A stretch of 64,000 bases of DNA, taken from assembly GCA_019828565.1 (NCBI GenBank), contig JAHDYR010000012.1, forward strand, positions 248,001-312,000, read 5' to 3'. This DNA is from Carpediemonas membranifera BICM (taxonomy: Eukaryota > Protista > Fornicata). Both the position numbers and the translations under genes were made by a program. The notes under the pieces are model-generated. The model was not told the origin of the DNA and ran no database searches. It saw only the letters and a program-made list of their open reading frames with translations. How positions within the stretch are numbered: position 1 is the stretch's first letter; each line of letters starts with the position of its first letter. Positions 20,773 through 31,982 of this stretch are shown here, in pieces.

Positions 20773-21774
20773 TTACAGAGACGCCGACATCGACCCCTCG
20801 TCGGACTCGTCCCGCCTGTTCGTCGTCAGATGGACGCCGTCGCACACAAACGTCATGTCCGCCAACCCCGGGTTCATCGCCGCATCGATTGCCGACCGGA
20901 GTCCCGACAGCCGGAACGGCTTCCGGACGACCCCCTTGGCGCCCTCCTTGAGGACGAAGCGGACGTCCTCGTCGTCGCAATAGGCGCTCACAATGACGAC
21001 GCGGATGTTCGGATGGTCCTGCTTGAGCCGGATAAAGGCATCCTTGCCGTCCAGCCGGGGCATGCGCATGTCGAGGAGGACGAGGTCGTGTACGTTAGCC
21101 CGATACGTCTCCACTGCCGCCAGCCCGTCGTGGGCCTGGTTGATGACCTTGTGGCCCATGTTGGTCAGCATGCGGGTGAGGGTCGACCTCACCATCGGGT
21201 CGTCATCCACCACCATGACACGCACGGACCCGCTGTTCCCCTCCACCGACAGCTTCTCCTGGGTCGTGTCCGTCGTGGCGGCCTTCTTCATGCCAAGGTC
21301 ATCACCCACGGCGGGGAGAACTGGGGAGAGCGCGGGCTCGGACAGCGAGGCGCCCGTGTCTGGGCGGAGTATACTGGGCGTGGCCGACGTGGATGGCATG
21401 TCCTCGAGGTCCGACACGCGGACCGCGACGTGGCCCTGGAGCTCCTCAGACCCGTTCAGACTCATGCGACGGAGCGGCGATGGGCAGGGGCTGGGCGTGT
21501 GGGGACGCGCCCTGTGCCGTGCGGTGCGGAGAGTGGCGTTCGCCCGGGCCATTTGGTGAGCAATGTCGGAAACAAGGAAGCCGGATGCCTCCAGACGCGC
21601 GATCGCTTGGAGTGTGGCGGCATTGAGGGGTTCTACGTCATGTATGTGAGTATCCACGCTGAATCGTGCTGAAAGAGGGCGTATATGCTCCATGGCGGGG
21701 TTGTGCGTGTCATGCATCATGACAAGTGCGTCACTGTAATGTAAGTTTGGCTGTAAGGGCAAGGATAGCTTCAC
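20773..21774 (-). CDS. Response-regulator receiver (CheY-like) domain protein (start may be ~21720)
   Basis: VMVVDDD, DLVLLDMRMPRLDG (phospho-acceptor Asp), IVSA and KPF. Confidence 0.88.
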   Translation of the reverse strand: MKLSLPLQPNLHYSDALVMMHDTHNPAMEHIRPLSARFSVDTHIHDVEPLNAATLQAIARLEASGFLVSDIAHQMARANATLRTARHRARPHTPSPCPSPLRRMSLNGSEELQGHVAVRVSDLEDMPSTSATPSILRPDTGASLSEPALSPVLPAVGDDLGMKKAATTDTTQEKLSVEGNSGSVRVMVVDDDPMVRSTLTRMLTNMGHKVINQAHDGLAAVETYRANVHDLVLLDMRMPRLDGKDAFIRLKQDHPNIRVVIVSAYCDDEDVRFVLKEGAKGVVRKPFRLSGLRSAIDAAMNPGLADMTFVCDGVHLTTNRRDESDEGSMSASL

Positions 21775-21989
21775 TCAACCAGTGCGTTGAAGAAACTCGT
21801 AGAGCCGCTCGCGCCATCGCCGAATGAGTTCATCGCGAAGCCGGTAAAATGCACCCAGCCTGCGGCTGATCAGACCCAACTGGCCATCAACTATGAAACC
21901 AGAGGTTGCCCAGAAGACGCCAGGTAACGCCAGCAGGGCATATATAGCCGAAGCATGATTTCGCACCTTAACGAAAATTGCCCAAAACA

Positions 21990-22787
21990 ATGGATTGCGC
22001 GCTAGAGGAGCGGTGGCGCGTGGCCAAAAGACGCTATATACTTCATACTATCCTAAAGAATACCGTGTCAGGAATTGCACGGAATAACGACAACGGAGCG
22101 ATCCAAAATCTTCACAGAGCAGCCCTAGCCTCAGAGCTGATTCCCATGGGCGAACTATCATCACGAGAGGATCTAACGCTGTCTACGAACCCAATGGGTA
22201 TCTCCAAGATCCTCCTGGAGCGCATGACGGGCTACCCCGTAGTCGACCTCACACTGCAGACACAGACCCGTCTCAAGGCCCAGTACGGCGCCTGTGAGGC
22301 CGCACTAGGCAATCCACACAGTATCGCAGACGCAGTGAATGACCGTGCGCGCTGGATCCTCGACTTGCGGGAGCGGCGATCGATGCTCCGGAGCCTGCTG
22401 GCAATGGCCCAGGACAGCATGGCGGTGGCTGCCACCAAGCTCGCCGAGCAGACAGAGCGTGTGGCGGGGGACGAGAGTGGCCTGGCTGAGGTAGACTCGA
22501 GGCTCCAGCACGCCGCAGCACTCGTCGAGGCGCATCGGGCGAAGACAGCGGCGCTGAAAGGGGCAATGGAGGTGGCGACATACACACCCGAGAAGCTGGC
22601 CGCGCTCCGTACAGTCCAGTCTGGGCTCTCGGCGGACGTCGGCCGACTGAGGGCCAAGGTTGAACAGGCCGAGGCAAAGCTGTCAGAGTTCGCCGCGTTG
22701 GGGCCGAGGTTCGTCCAGATGGCGACGCAGTATGCCCAGGTGCGGCAGGAGGTGGCGCGGTTGAGGGAGCTGAAGGAGTCATGCTGA
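21990..22787 (+). CDS. Coiled-coil protein, possibly HAUS4/augmin subunit 4-like
   Basis: C-terminal TYTPEKLAAL...F...Y pattern recalls HAUS4; heptad repeats. Confidence 0.55.
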   Translation: MDCALEERWRVAKRRYILHTILKNTVSGIARNNDNGAIQNLHRAALASELIPMGELSSREDLTLSTNPMGISKILLERMTGYPVVDLTLQTQTRLKAQYGACEAALGNPHSIADAVNDRARWILDLRERRSMLRSLLAMAQDSMAVAATKLAEQTERVAGDESGLAEVDSRLQHAAALVEAHRAKTAALKGAMEVATYTPEKLAALRTVQSGLSADVGRLRAKVEQAEAKLSEFAALGPRFVQMATQYAQVRQEVARLRELKESC

Positions 22788-22932
22788 GAGTGGCGTCTAA
22801 ACAACGGCGAGGCGGGAACGAGCGGGTTTAGTTGGCTGTGACGTGCATAGTGGGCCTGTTGAGCGAGGGGGGAGCTGAGCTTGGCATTTCGCAGTTTATC
22901 AGCAACTTCGGAAAACGCTGTGCGGCTCGCAA

Positions 22933-24735
22933 ATGGACAATGAGGGCCAGATCACCGGCAGCGCTGCGAATTTAGTCAATGAAACTGGGATTTCTTCAGA
23001 GCTTGAGCCGCGCACCCTTTCCGAGGACTCGAGACTACATGTCGCCGTGCACAGCGACTCGGGGCCCGACAGCGCGTATTCGACGGAGTTCGAGACAGTG
23101 GAGGACATCAGCTCGACCACTGCGTCCGATAATGAGATGTGCGAGACGGAGATTGTCGAGCTCAACACCCACAGAGGGATCCCGAGCCACCGCTACCTCA
23201 ACGTCGACGTCAGAAGGCCTGAGACGCCCAGTGTAACACCTGCGGATCATAGTGAGATTGACGTCTTCGCTATCACCACAGACAGTGGGACGCCGAGGGG
23301 AGCAGCGAGCGAACCGGGCCACTCGCACCTCCAGTCCGTCATAGACGTGCAGGTGTCCGCCCCAGACCCTCCAAGGGGGCGAAAGCGCATGTTAAGCGTC
23401 ATAGCGTCGCTCGTCATGCTCCTGTCGTCCGCCCTGACATCGTTCGGTGACCGGATGACCCAGTTCCTGTTCCCCGTCATGCTCGCCTTGGCCTACCCCG
23501 AGGCCGGTCTCACCCTGCCCGCTGCCCACACCATCTGCCAGCAGGCGGCAACCTTCCTGTTGGGCCCTTCCATCGGCCGCTTCATCGACACTACCCCCCG
23601 ACTCGTCGCAGTGCCCCTCGCCATCTTCATCGAGAACAGTGCGACGGCCCTGGCCATGGTCTGCATCGTCGCCTCCCTCCTCATGGATCTGAAGACATGG
23701 TCTCTTGAGATGTGGGTCATCACCACCCCCCTGCTGGTGCTCGCCTTCATCTCCCAGGCCGCCTCAGCCACGTCCACCATCGCCGTACAGAGAGATTGGG
23801 CGATCGAGGTGTGCGGCAGGGGCACGCCGCTCATGGTGAAGGTCAATGCCTGGGATACGTCCATCAGCCAGCTCATGGCCGTCACAGCACCCGCCCTGGC
23901 CGGCGTCCTGCTCGTGTGGCTCGACCCGTGGGTCGTCACAGCATTTGCCGCGGGGTGGAACGTGGTCAGCGGGTTCGTCGAGCTCGGGCTGCTTCTTGTC
24001 GTTGCCGCCCTCGTGCCCCACCTCAGACGCCGCCCCACGGAGCCGAGGCAGAAGCCGTCATTGCGCCGCAGGGTAGCCCGCGCCGTGGCCGGGGTGCTCG
24101 AGTCGACCCGACTGTGGGCCAACGACCGCGTGTTCCTGCTGTCGTTGGCGTACTCGCTGCTGTACTTCTCCATTCTGTCGCCCCAGGGCACCATCATCAC
24201 CGTCTACCTCATAGACAGGGGCGTTTCAACACCGGTAGTCGCCGTGTTTCGCGTCTTCGCGTCTGTCGCTGGCATGGCCGTCACGGTAATCTCACCGTGG
24301 CTGCTAAAGCTGTTCGGGTCGAAGCTCAGCGGGACCACAGCAATAACCAGTCAGATCACCTTGCTCTCTGTCGGCGTGGCGCTGCTCGTCGCCTCCGTCC
24401 TCGTCGACAGCGCCGTTGCCCGCGCTGTGCTGCTAACCATCTTCCTCCTCACTGTCGTCGCATCCAGGCTCGGCCTGTGGCTCTTCGACATCGCCCACCT
24501 CGTCATGATCCAGACCAGTGTCGACGCCGGCACCCGTGGTGCGATCGGCGGCGTCGAGGGGTCCGCGTGCAGTTTAATGTCCATCTCGATCCTCTTCATC
24601 GGTATGGTGCTGACTGACCCCGCATACGTCCCATTCATCGCACTGCTGTCCCTTGCAGCTGTCATCCTGGCAGGATTCGTCTATGGACTCTGGCTCCTGA
24701 CTGCCGGGCGTGCAGAGCCGGCGGATGAAGTCTGA
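22933..24735 (+). CDS. Ferroportin (SLC40) family transporter
   Basis: FGDRMTQF, GRFID, IAVQRDW, LLYFSILS and SRLGLWLFDIA motifs. Confidence 0.9.
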   Translation: MDNEGQITGSAANLVNETGISSELEPRTLSEDSRLHVAVHSDSGPDSAYSTEFETVEDISSTTASDNEMCETEIVELNTHRGIPSHRYLNVDVRRPETPSVTPADHSEIDVFAITTDSGTPRGAASEPGHSHLQSVIDVQVSAPDPPRGRKRMLSVIASLVMLLSSALTSFGDRMTQFLFPVMLALAYPEAGLTLPAAHTICQQAATFLLGPSIGRFIDTTPRLVAVPLAIFIENSATALAMVCIVASLLMDLKTWSLEMWVITTPLLVLAFISQAASATSTIAVQRDWAIEVCGRGTPLMVKVNAWDTSISQLMAVTAPALAGVLLVWLDPWVVTAFAAGWNVVSGFVELGLLLVVAALVPHLRRRPTEPRQKPSLRRRVARAVAGVLESTRLWANDRVFLLSLAYSLLYFSILSPQGTIITVYLIDRGVSTPVVAVFRVFASVAGMAVTVISPWLLKLFGSKLSGTTAITSQITLLSVGVALLVASVLVDSAVARAVLLTIFLLTVVASRLGLWLFDIAHLVMIQTSVDAGTRGAIGGVEGSACSLMSISILFIGMVLTDPAYVPFIALLSLAAVILAGFVYGLWLLTAGRAEPADEV

Positions 24736-24851
24736 GTAATCATTTGATGACTGTGAAATCATCGATCGGCGGAATAAAGAGGCTCTTCCTGCTGGATGAA
24801 TTGGAATGACTCCGTTTATAGGATATGAAGTGAATATCAGGCATGTGGGGC

Positions 24852-25982
24852 TCAGAACGGCCGCCGGTGCATCGGGATCATCTCCGACACGATCGCCTGG
24901 GCAATCGGCCTTAAACTGCACAATTCTCTGCTACTGTTTGCGTTGAGAGCAATGCTGTAGCCTTCCTCAGGGCAGTAGACAGCCAGGGACTCGTAGCCCC
25001 GTGTCTGTCCGCAGTGGCCGTAGACGGGCTTGCCGCACATCCTGCCCGCGGAGAGGCCAGTGGCAAAGGTGCCGAGCCCGTTGCCCGCGGGCCCGATGCG
25101 GGGAGCGTCTGGGATCTGCTCCATCTCGTAGAAGAGGTGGCGATCGAAGAAGCGGTCGGTCGTCGCCATCTCCCGCACCCAGAGCGCCATGGTCGTGGCC
25201 GAGGCGACCCCCGCCCCCGTGGCCCAAGCGAGGCTGTCTCTCTGGCTGAACCTGGGCTTGACCCTTGTGGGGCCCGTGACGGCGGTCTCATCGATGCCCC
25301 CGATGAGTCTGGGGTCGACCTCGGCGCCGTTATCGAGGAAAGAGACGAACTTGGGGTTGATGATCCGCTCAGAGACGAGGTACTCGCGGTAGGTCTTGCC
25401 CGAGATGGCCTCGACGATTAGCGCGAGTAATAAGAAGTTCGTGGCGGAGTATGCGACGCCTGCGAAGGCCGGGAAGCGCTGCTTCTTCGACAGTAGCCTT
25501 TTGACCACATGACGGGCGTTCCACTTGTGCGAGGGAGCCATCTCGGACAGCAGCGTTACCAGGGGATGGGTCAGGACGTCCGTCAGGCCCGACTGATGCG
25601 TGAGGAGGCTCTCGATGGTAATATCCCGCGGGAGGTTGGGGAACCAGCGATCGACTGTGCTGTGGAGGCTGAGTTGGTTCTTGGTGATGAGGCGCATGAT
25701 GGCCGCGGTGACGAAAAGCGACGATGACGTGCCTAGGCGGAATGTGGTGTCAATTGTAATGGGAAAGGTTCTCGGGCTGTTTTTCTTCTTCTCTTTCACA
25801 GTTGTTCGTGCATATCCACTGGCAAACGAGAAAACTTCGCCGTCAGGGCATACTAAACAGGCTTGCAAGCATTCATCTGAGTAAGAAGCGCAAAGTTGGA
25901 ACAAACAGCCTTGTGTTGTTTGTAATTCGTATATAATGTCGCGAAACCGAACGCGTTCGGCGATGCCGCGGCGTTCTGCCAT
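24852..25982 (-). CDS. Serine beta-lactamase/AmpC-like fold protein with degenerate active site
   Basis: TTFRLG, ITIESLLTHQSGL, YSATNF and YGHCG; the SxxK motif is replaced by TSSS. Confidence 0.8.
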   Translation of the reverse strand: MAERRGIAERVRFRDIIYELQTTQGCLFQLCASYSDECLQACLVCPDGEVFSFASGYARTTVKEKKKNSPRTFPITIDTTFRLGTSSSLFVTAAIMRLITKNQLSLHSTVDRWFPNLPRDITIESLLTHQSGLTDVLTHPLVTLLSEMAPSHKWNARHVVKRLLSKKQRFPAFAGVAYSATNFLLLALIVEAISGKTYREYLVSERIINPKFVSFLDNGAEVDPRLIGGIDETAVTGPTRVKPRFSQRDSLAWATGAGVASATTMALWVREMATTDRFFDRHLFYEMEQIPDAPRIGPAGNGLGTFATGLSAGRMCGKPVYGHCGQTRGYESLAVYCPEEGYSIALNANSSRELCSLRPIAQAIVSEMIPMHRRPF

Positions 25983-26340
25983 ACTTTTTGCTGGCGGTCA
26001 GAGGGACGACCCAAAACGACTTGCAATCGACTCGCGATTTCAGCGAGATCGACTGCTCAATTGCCGTCTGACTGGCCCTAGTATAGGGAGCGTGGCAGCT
26101 GGGCTCCGGATTTTTTTATACGTCTTTGAATTTTCTCACACGAAATCCGCGGAGAAATTCGATTTGACTTTATTCAACCGTGACATCCCCTGATATCTAG
26201 GGCGCCTCGAAACACAATACATGTTCAGACGGCTATTTATTGCATATCTATCATCGACCACAGTGTCATGTCATCCCGCTGCAACACACGCCACCCTGTC
26301 TCGCCAGAACTATGTACATAGTCTTGGTAAATACCATAAT

Positions 26341-27213
26341 TTACGCTACCCGCAGGATATAAATAATCATGAGTGCCCAGGCCACGATAATTAGGCCCCA
26401 GATGATGACCTGGAAGATCCAGCCGCGCTTCTGGTGCTTATTCGCCTTGGCCAGGTCCTTCACGGCCTTCTCCACGGTTTCCACTGTCACGTCCATGTTG
26501 TAATCGATCCGATCAAGGAGGGTGCCCTGCTCGACGACCATCACGGCCATCTCCTTCGCCATCTCGTTCAGCTCATGCATAGTCTGTGTGATGGTCATGA
26601 TGCCCTGCTTCCTGTCGTGGGCGACGGCCTTGTGGACGTCGACCATGCCCTCCTGCTCGGACAGGTCGTCCTCGTCGGGCTCAATGGAGAACCGACCCAG
26701 CCGATCGTCACGGTCCTTCAGCCGCTGTGCAAATGCGTTCTGTACGACCCTGTACAACCCAATGGTGACCTTGATCTCGCCCTCCAGCTTCGTCTGGACG
26801 TTTCGGAGAATGATCGTGTTTTCAATGGGGAAGTTCGTGCTGTAGTGGTTCTTACTGAGCCTGAGCACCTTATTGTGTGTGTCCTGCAGCCTCCGTGCGA
26901 CCCGCTTGCTCCGCTCCTCCACCGCGGCGAGGGGATCCTCATCTGTCATAGACGGCCGGCTAATGTAGTTCGACTGGGCCGATTGAAGCGCCTCGATCTC
27001 GCTGTAGTGCTGCTGAATGGAGTCTCTGATCTCCAGGACGATGTCGTGCCATTCCGGGTACTTGGAGACCATACGGGCGTCGTCGTCGCTTTCTTGGTCC
27101 CCTAGGATAGCCGGGGTCTGCGTTGTTTGTCTATAGCGCTCAAAGCGCTCATATATGTTGTTAATCATCCCGTATTGATGTCTTTTCCTTGATGTCGTTG
27201 TCTTTGCGGCCAT
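26341..27213 (-). CDS. Syntaxin-16-like Qa-SNARE
   Basis: SNARE motif MVVEQGTLLDRIDYNM, PEW motif and C-terminal TM helix. Confidence 0.85.
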   Translation of the reverse strand: MAAKTTTSRKRHQYGMINNIYERFERYRQTTQTPAILGDQESDDDARMVSKYPEWHDIVLEIRDSIQQHYSEIEALQSAQSNYISRPSMTDEDPLAAVEERSKRVARRLQDTHNKVLRLSKNHYSTNFPIENTIILRNVQTKLEGEIKVTIGLYRVVQNAFAQRLKDRDDRLGRFSIEPDEDDLSEQEGMVDVHKAVAHDRKQGIMTITQTMHELNEMAKEMAVMVVEQGTLLDRIDYNMDVTVETVEKAVKDLAKANKHQKRGWIFQVIIWGLIIVAWALMIIYILRVA

Positions 27214-27365
27214 TTATGGCTACCATAAATGGCCGACATCACAGAGGTCATGCGAGAGGCCCTGGCATGCGACATAGCCCCATGCCGTCGCTTTCTCGGA
27301 CACCCCTGGTCATGACCGCTTTCATTGGCCTTACAGACTATCTGCTTGAAAACACTTTATATCAC

Positions 27366-29268
27366 TCACCTGCGACGGCGGTTGGCCATCGCGAACGCCC
27401 CAAACGCCACGAGGCCCACACCGAGCACGGCTGCACCGGCCGCTGCCACACCGACTGCCCCAGCAGCTCCGGTGCCCAGCAGGATCGGGGTGACGTTGTC
27501 CCGGACCGGGAGTGTCTTCAGCCCGCCCAGCACGGCCTCAGTGGCGGCGGTGCAGTCGTTGTCGGCGTCACCGACGAAGGACCCACCCGCCACGGCGGCC
27601 AGCTCGGGGGCGGCGGGACTGACAGTCATCACGGCGCAGCGGAGGCCGTACGACTTCGCGACCTCCATGATATCACCGAGGGAAGCGGCGTCCTCACCTT
27701 CGACGACTGCCAGAACAGCGTCGAGCCCGAGGCTGCTAACATGCCCGCTGCCGGTCTTCAGCTCGTCCGGCCGGAGTGTGGTGAGGCACACAGTGCCGTG
27801 GGCAGTCCGCAGCACAACCGCGGTCGTCCGGGATACGGCGAACTCGTCCCGGGCGAGGGTCTCGAGGCCCTTGGGGGCGACGACTGAAACATGCCACACC
27901 TCGCGGTCAGAGGCCGTCGCACGCCGTCTCACGGGCTTGAAGAGGCTGTGGACCTTCGCCAGGCTGTCCGCGGGTCCCTTTGTGAGAGGGCGGCCGACGA
28001 CGACCGAGTGCAGCGCCCTGATGGCGTCGCCGGGGAAAACGCATACCAGTGCCCGCCAGTGGGCAATCCACTCCTCCTTGGTGTAGTCCCGGGGACCGTA
28101 GTGGTGCTCGAGGAAGTTGGCCAGCGGGAAGAAGGCGGTGACGGCCTCAGGGCCCACGGTGTCACAGTTGAACGAGTCGAACAGTTTCGTGACAAAGTCG
28201 ATACCAGCGGCGGTCAAGTCGAACGTGACGTTAGGGTCGACGCCGTGAGACCGCAGCAGACGGTCGACCTTGTCATTGGGCGGCATCTTGAGCTGCTTGC
28301 GGCCGTGGATGAAGAGGCTACGGACGCCGATGTAGCTGTCCTTCATGCCCAGGTCCACCCCGAACCCGCAGGAGTCGAGGGTCCGCCACACCGAGTCGAC
28401 CTGGTTCTTCTTCAGCAGGAGCAGGTTTAGCGTCTGGAAGCCGGCGACAGTCATCTTGCCCTGGTGCTCGCCCTCGGCCACGACGCCCTCGGGACATACC
28501 TGGGAGACGACGGTCTTGATGCCCTGGAGGTCGTCCTCGTTGAGCGGCTCTCTCGTGATCACTGTCTGGAAGTGGACGAGCTCAGGGTCCGACCAGTAGC
28601 CGTCGTGGTCCGCGTCAAAGGCCGTGAAGACCCAGCTCAGCACCCGCTTGAGCTCGGGGGTGAGGGACTCGTCCTCGGCGTTGAACAGGGGGCCGAGTGG
28701 CAGGGCAGCCATCCTCACGGCGCAGTATAAGGTCTCCGTGATCCTCTGGTGTGAGACGGCGGACGCCTCGATGCACTGCTCGATCTCGGGATACGACTGC
28801 AGCAGCTGCATCATCGTCTCGGTAACCTGTTCGTGCTGCTCGGGCGTGGCGATGAGGTCGGACTTGGAGCAGACGACGCACACGGGGAGCTTCGGGAACG
28901 TCGCGATGATGCGAGAGAGGCGGTCCTTGACGCCCTCGATGCTCTCCATGAGTTCGGGGGCAGAAGCCATGAAGATGAGGCCGTCGGATGAGGCGAGCAG
29001 TCCGTGCAACTCCGTGCCGTTCATCTCGGCGTTGGTGTCGATTAGATCGAGACGGAGGCCGGGGATGAGCTCGAGGCCCATGTGATCGAGGGGCAAGTGC
29101 AACGCAGGGGCTCTGGACGGCGCCTTATCGAGCATATCAGGGTCATCAGTGATCTGTGTGAGAAACGGGGCAAAAGAGGAGTAAACGCACTGTTGAGAGT
29201 ACAAAGCATGTCTTTCCGCATCCCGGGGAGCCGATCACGGGTATTTTAATCGTCCTATCGCTCTCCAT
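27366..29268 (-). CDS. Miro/Gem1 mitochondrial Rho GTPase; intron 29154-29190
   Basis: Spliced P-loop GSPGCGKT, SKSD, PEIEQCIEASA, PLGPLFN, EF hand DADHDGYWSDPEL and C-terminal TM + RRRR tail anchor. Confidence 0.85.
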
Positions 29269-29682
29269 CGTTCGTTGCTTCAGTGTACCGTCAAAGTCGG
29301 TCCGCGGGGACTCGAGTCGCAGCAGGGGGCCATGCGGACGACACCACTGGTCAGTTCAGCAGGGGAAAGCCGCATAGTGCTCGGCTGACCCGGGTCGTGA
29401 GATCAATCCGGATGGGACATGAGTGGGCCAGTGAGTGTGTCCGATGGGGCCATGCTTCAAGTACCTCGCCGCCCCGACATCCCGGGGCAGAGCACACTGA
29501 CCGTCATCGCCCCAGAGATAGCACCAGCTTGTGTTCCATGGACGTGATGACAGTGGCCGGCTTGGTCAAGTGGCATTAATGAGTCCCCTTTCGTCGTGCC
29601 CCAGCCAGACATCATCATAATAATAATATAATACCACAACAAGGGCTAGACAGCGCCTTTAATCTAATAACCTACCTACATC

Positions 29683-31227
29683 CTATGAAATAAACTGCAC
29701 TATCCTATCCGGCATGCACGCCGCGATGCTGGGGTCCACGGTGCTCATCCCCACAAGCACCAGTAGGTCCTCCATGGGCAGGTCGACCCGACGCCCGGAG
29801 TCTGATCTGGTCACTAGGGACGTCAGGGTGTCCCAGGATAGGGTGCGGCGGGTCGACCGGCGGGACATGCGGAGGAAGCGACTCACCTTGTCAATGCGGA
29901 TGACATGACCCAGCAGCCAGTGGTCAACGAATATTGAGTAGAATCTAGAGGCGTTGGGCTTAGACAGAGGCCCGAGGCGGGTGAACAAGGTTGTTACAAA
30001 CCGAGAAGCGTCCTGCTGCCGGAGCTGTGTCAGGAAGTTTGCACGGTGCTGAGCGATAAATTGGCCCAACTTCGCCTGTGCTGCAGGGGTCTGCGGCTGG
30101 TTCCTGAGCTCGCTGGCCTGCTTGAACATGATGGCGTAGTCCGGCCCCTGCAGCCGCGGCGTCGAGATGTCGACCCTGACCCTCCTGTCGCCCGCCTGGT
30201 CGTCGGGCAGGAACCGGATTATTGCGGTCGGGTTCGGGTCGAGGTAGACCCACGGGTCGATGAAGGACGGCATGGCGGCGTCCTGGGAGGTCACCCCGAC
30301 GATGGCCATGCCGGGCAGGGCCATGATGGTCTCGCTCGCCTCCACGGGGCCGACTATGGCGGGGGCCGCGGCCTCTGGGATGAACAAACGGAGCAGCCCC
30401 ATCATCTCGAGCTCGAAGCGGATAAGGTGCGGCGGGACGACAATGCGGGCCCTGCAGCCGCACTGGACGAAAGCAGTAACGGCCAGAGTCATCGATGTCG
30501 GTGGTAGACTCCTCATCTGCGCCACTAGGTGCGGGAGGGGTGGGTTGGCCGACGACAAACTGTCGATGGCCATGAGGAGGTCCATGTGCCGCGTGTGGTA
30601 TTGCGCCTCGAGGTCTTCCTTCTCTAAGCCGTTCTCCTGGGATACGGCGCTGCTCCACCAGTCGGCGAGGGAGATGTGCAGCGCCTCGAGTGGCTTTGCG
30701 ACGGTCATGACCCTCGGCCGGCAGAAGTCAGGGAACACAGTCGCCACGGCGTGTGGGCCGCGGCCATCACTCCACTGAATGCCGAAGATGAATACAGAGC
30801 GTACAGGGTGACGACCGGTCGGGCCCGAGAGGACGACGGGGTCGAGGAGGCGGCGGACCTGGAAGAAGAGGCCGTGCCCGTTCCTGGGTACCCCGCACAG
30901 CGTTACTGGCGGTGGGAGGGGCGTGGTGCTCGCAGGATTGCTGCTGTCAGTCGCATGGCCTCCAAGGAGTGTCGCGACAGCCAGATTCCTGGCATCTCGC
31001 GCCGAAAGAGGCGTCATCTCATTCTCAATCGCCTGGTGGATCACAAACCCGTGAATATCGCTCCAAGCTGTGATAGTATGGTACAAGACGGTGCAGCTGA
31101 GCGATGGTTGTGTGAAACGCCGAAGAAGACCCTCATACGCTGCAGCATTGAAGCTTTCGGCACGAGAACGGCCTCCTGCCGACTCACCGATCTGTTGACG
31201 TCGAAATAGGTTCATCACAGCGTCCAT
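29683..31227 (-). CDS. Hypothetical protein, weak resemblance to C9orf72-like longin/DENN proteins
   Basis: Long ATG ORF. TAWSDIHG and LAVATLLG recall the C9orf72 N-terminus (by eye only). Confidence 0.45.
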   Translation of the reverse strand: MDAVMNLFRRQQIGESAGGRSRAESFNAAAYEGLLRRFTQPSLSCTVLYHTITAWSDIHGFVIHQAIENEMTPLSARDARNLAVATLLGGHATDSSNPASTTPLPPPVTLCGVPRNGHGLFFQVRRLLDPVVLSGPTGRHPVRSVFIFGIQWSDGRGPHAVATVFPDFCRPRVMTVAKPLEALHISLADWWSSAVSQENGLEKEDLEAQYHTRHMDLLMAIDSLSSANPPLPHLVAQMRSLPPTSMTLAVTAFVQCGCRARIVVPPHLIRFELEMMGLLRLFIPEAAAPAIVGPVEASETIMALPGMAIVGVTSQDAAMPSFIDPWVYLDPNPTAIIRFLPDDQAGDRRVRVDISTPRLQGPDYAIMFKQASELRNQPQTPAAQAKLGQFIAQHRANFLTQLRQQDASRFVTTLFTRLGPLSKPNASRFYSIFVDHWLLGHVIRIDKVSRFLRMSRRSTRRTLSWDTLTSLVTRSDSGRRVDLPMEDLLVLVGMSTVDPSIAACMPDRIVQFIS

Positions 31228-31367
31228 AGCAGTGTAGCGATGATGAACAGGGGATCGGCGTCTTCGAAGCTCCTATACGTATTTTACAAAGCCCAACCAA
31301 CAAGAAGTCGCACGACCGTCTTCACAACACCGATACATGCGCTACTATGTCCATTTACATCATGTAT

Positions 31368-31982
31368 CTACACGGACTCGGTCAGGGTGACGCCCTTCTC
31401 CGCCAGCTTGGCCTGCATCTCGCCCCAGCTGTCGGCCCCCACGGGACGGGTGCAGTCCGTGAAGAGCGTCGCATTGAAGCCGGCGTCGACAGCGTCGAGG
31501 GCAGTGAATCCAACGCAATAGTCGGCGGCGAGACCGACGATGTGAACGTGGGTGATGCCATTGGCACGGAGGATCTTCTCGAGATCAGTCTTCGTCTGCT
31601 TGTCGTTGTCCATGAAGCCGCTGTACGAGTCAACAGCCGTATCCGTGCCCTTTCTGACGACAACATCAGTGTTCTTCGTCTTCAGGTCCGCGTAGAACTC
31701 GGCGCCCTCGGATCCTTGGACGCAATGGTCTGGCCAAGCGACGCCAGGCAGACCAGTGGGGCTGGTGATCGTGCTCATCACCTCAGCACCCTCGTTGTTG
31801 CTGGCAAACGAGCTGTGGTCCGCGGGATGCCAGTCTTGGGTGAGCACGATGAGGGCGTAGCGGCCGTTCTCGCGAAGAGCATTGATCGGGTCAATGATCG
31901 AACGGGAATCGCCAACAGCGAGGTTCCCGCCTTCCATGAAGTCATTCTGGACATCTACAATGATAAGGGCGGTCTTGGGCAT
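31368..31982 (-). CDS. pncA: Nicotinamidase/pyrazinamidase
   Basis: ALIIVDVQNDF, QDWHP, WPDHCVQ, DSYSGF and GLAADYCV. Confidence 0.93.
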   Translation of the reverse strand: MPKTALIIVDVQNDFMEGGNLAVGDSRSIIDPINALRENGRYALIVLTQDWHPADHSSFASNNEGAEVMSTITSPTGLPGVAWPDHCVQGSEGAEFYADLKTKNTDVVVRKGTDTAVDSYSGFMDNDKQTKTDLEKILRANGITHVHIVGLAADYCVGFTALDAVDAGFNATLFTDCTRPVGADSWGEMQAKLAEKGVTLTESV

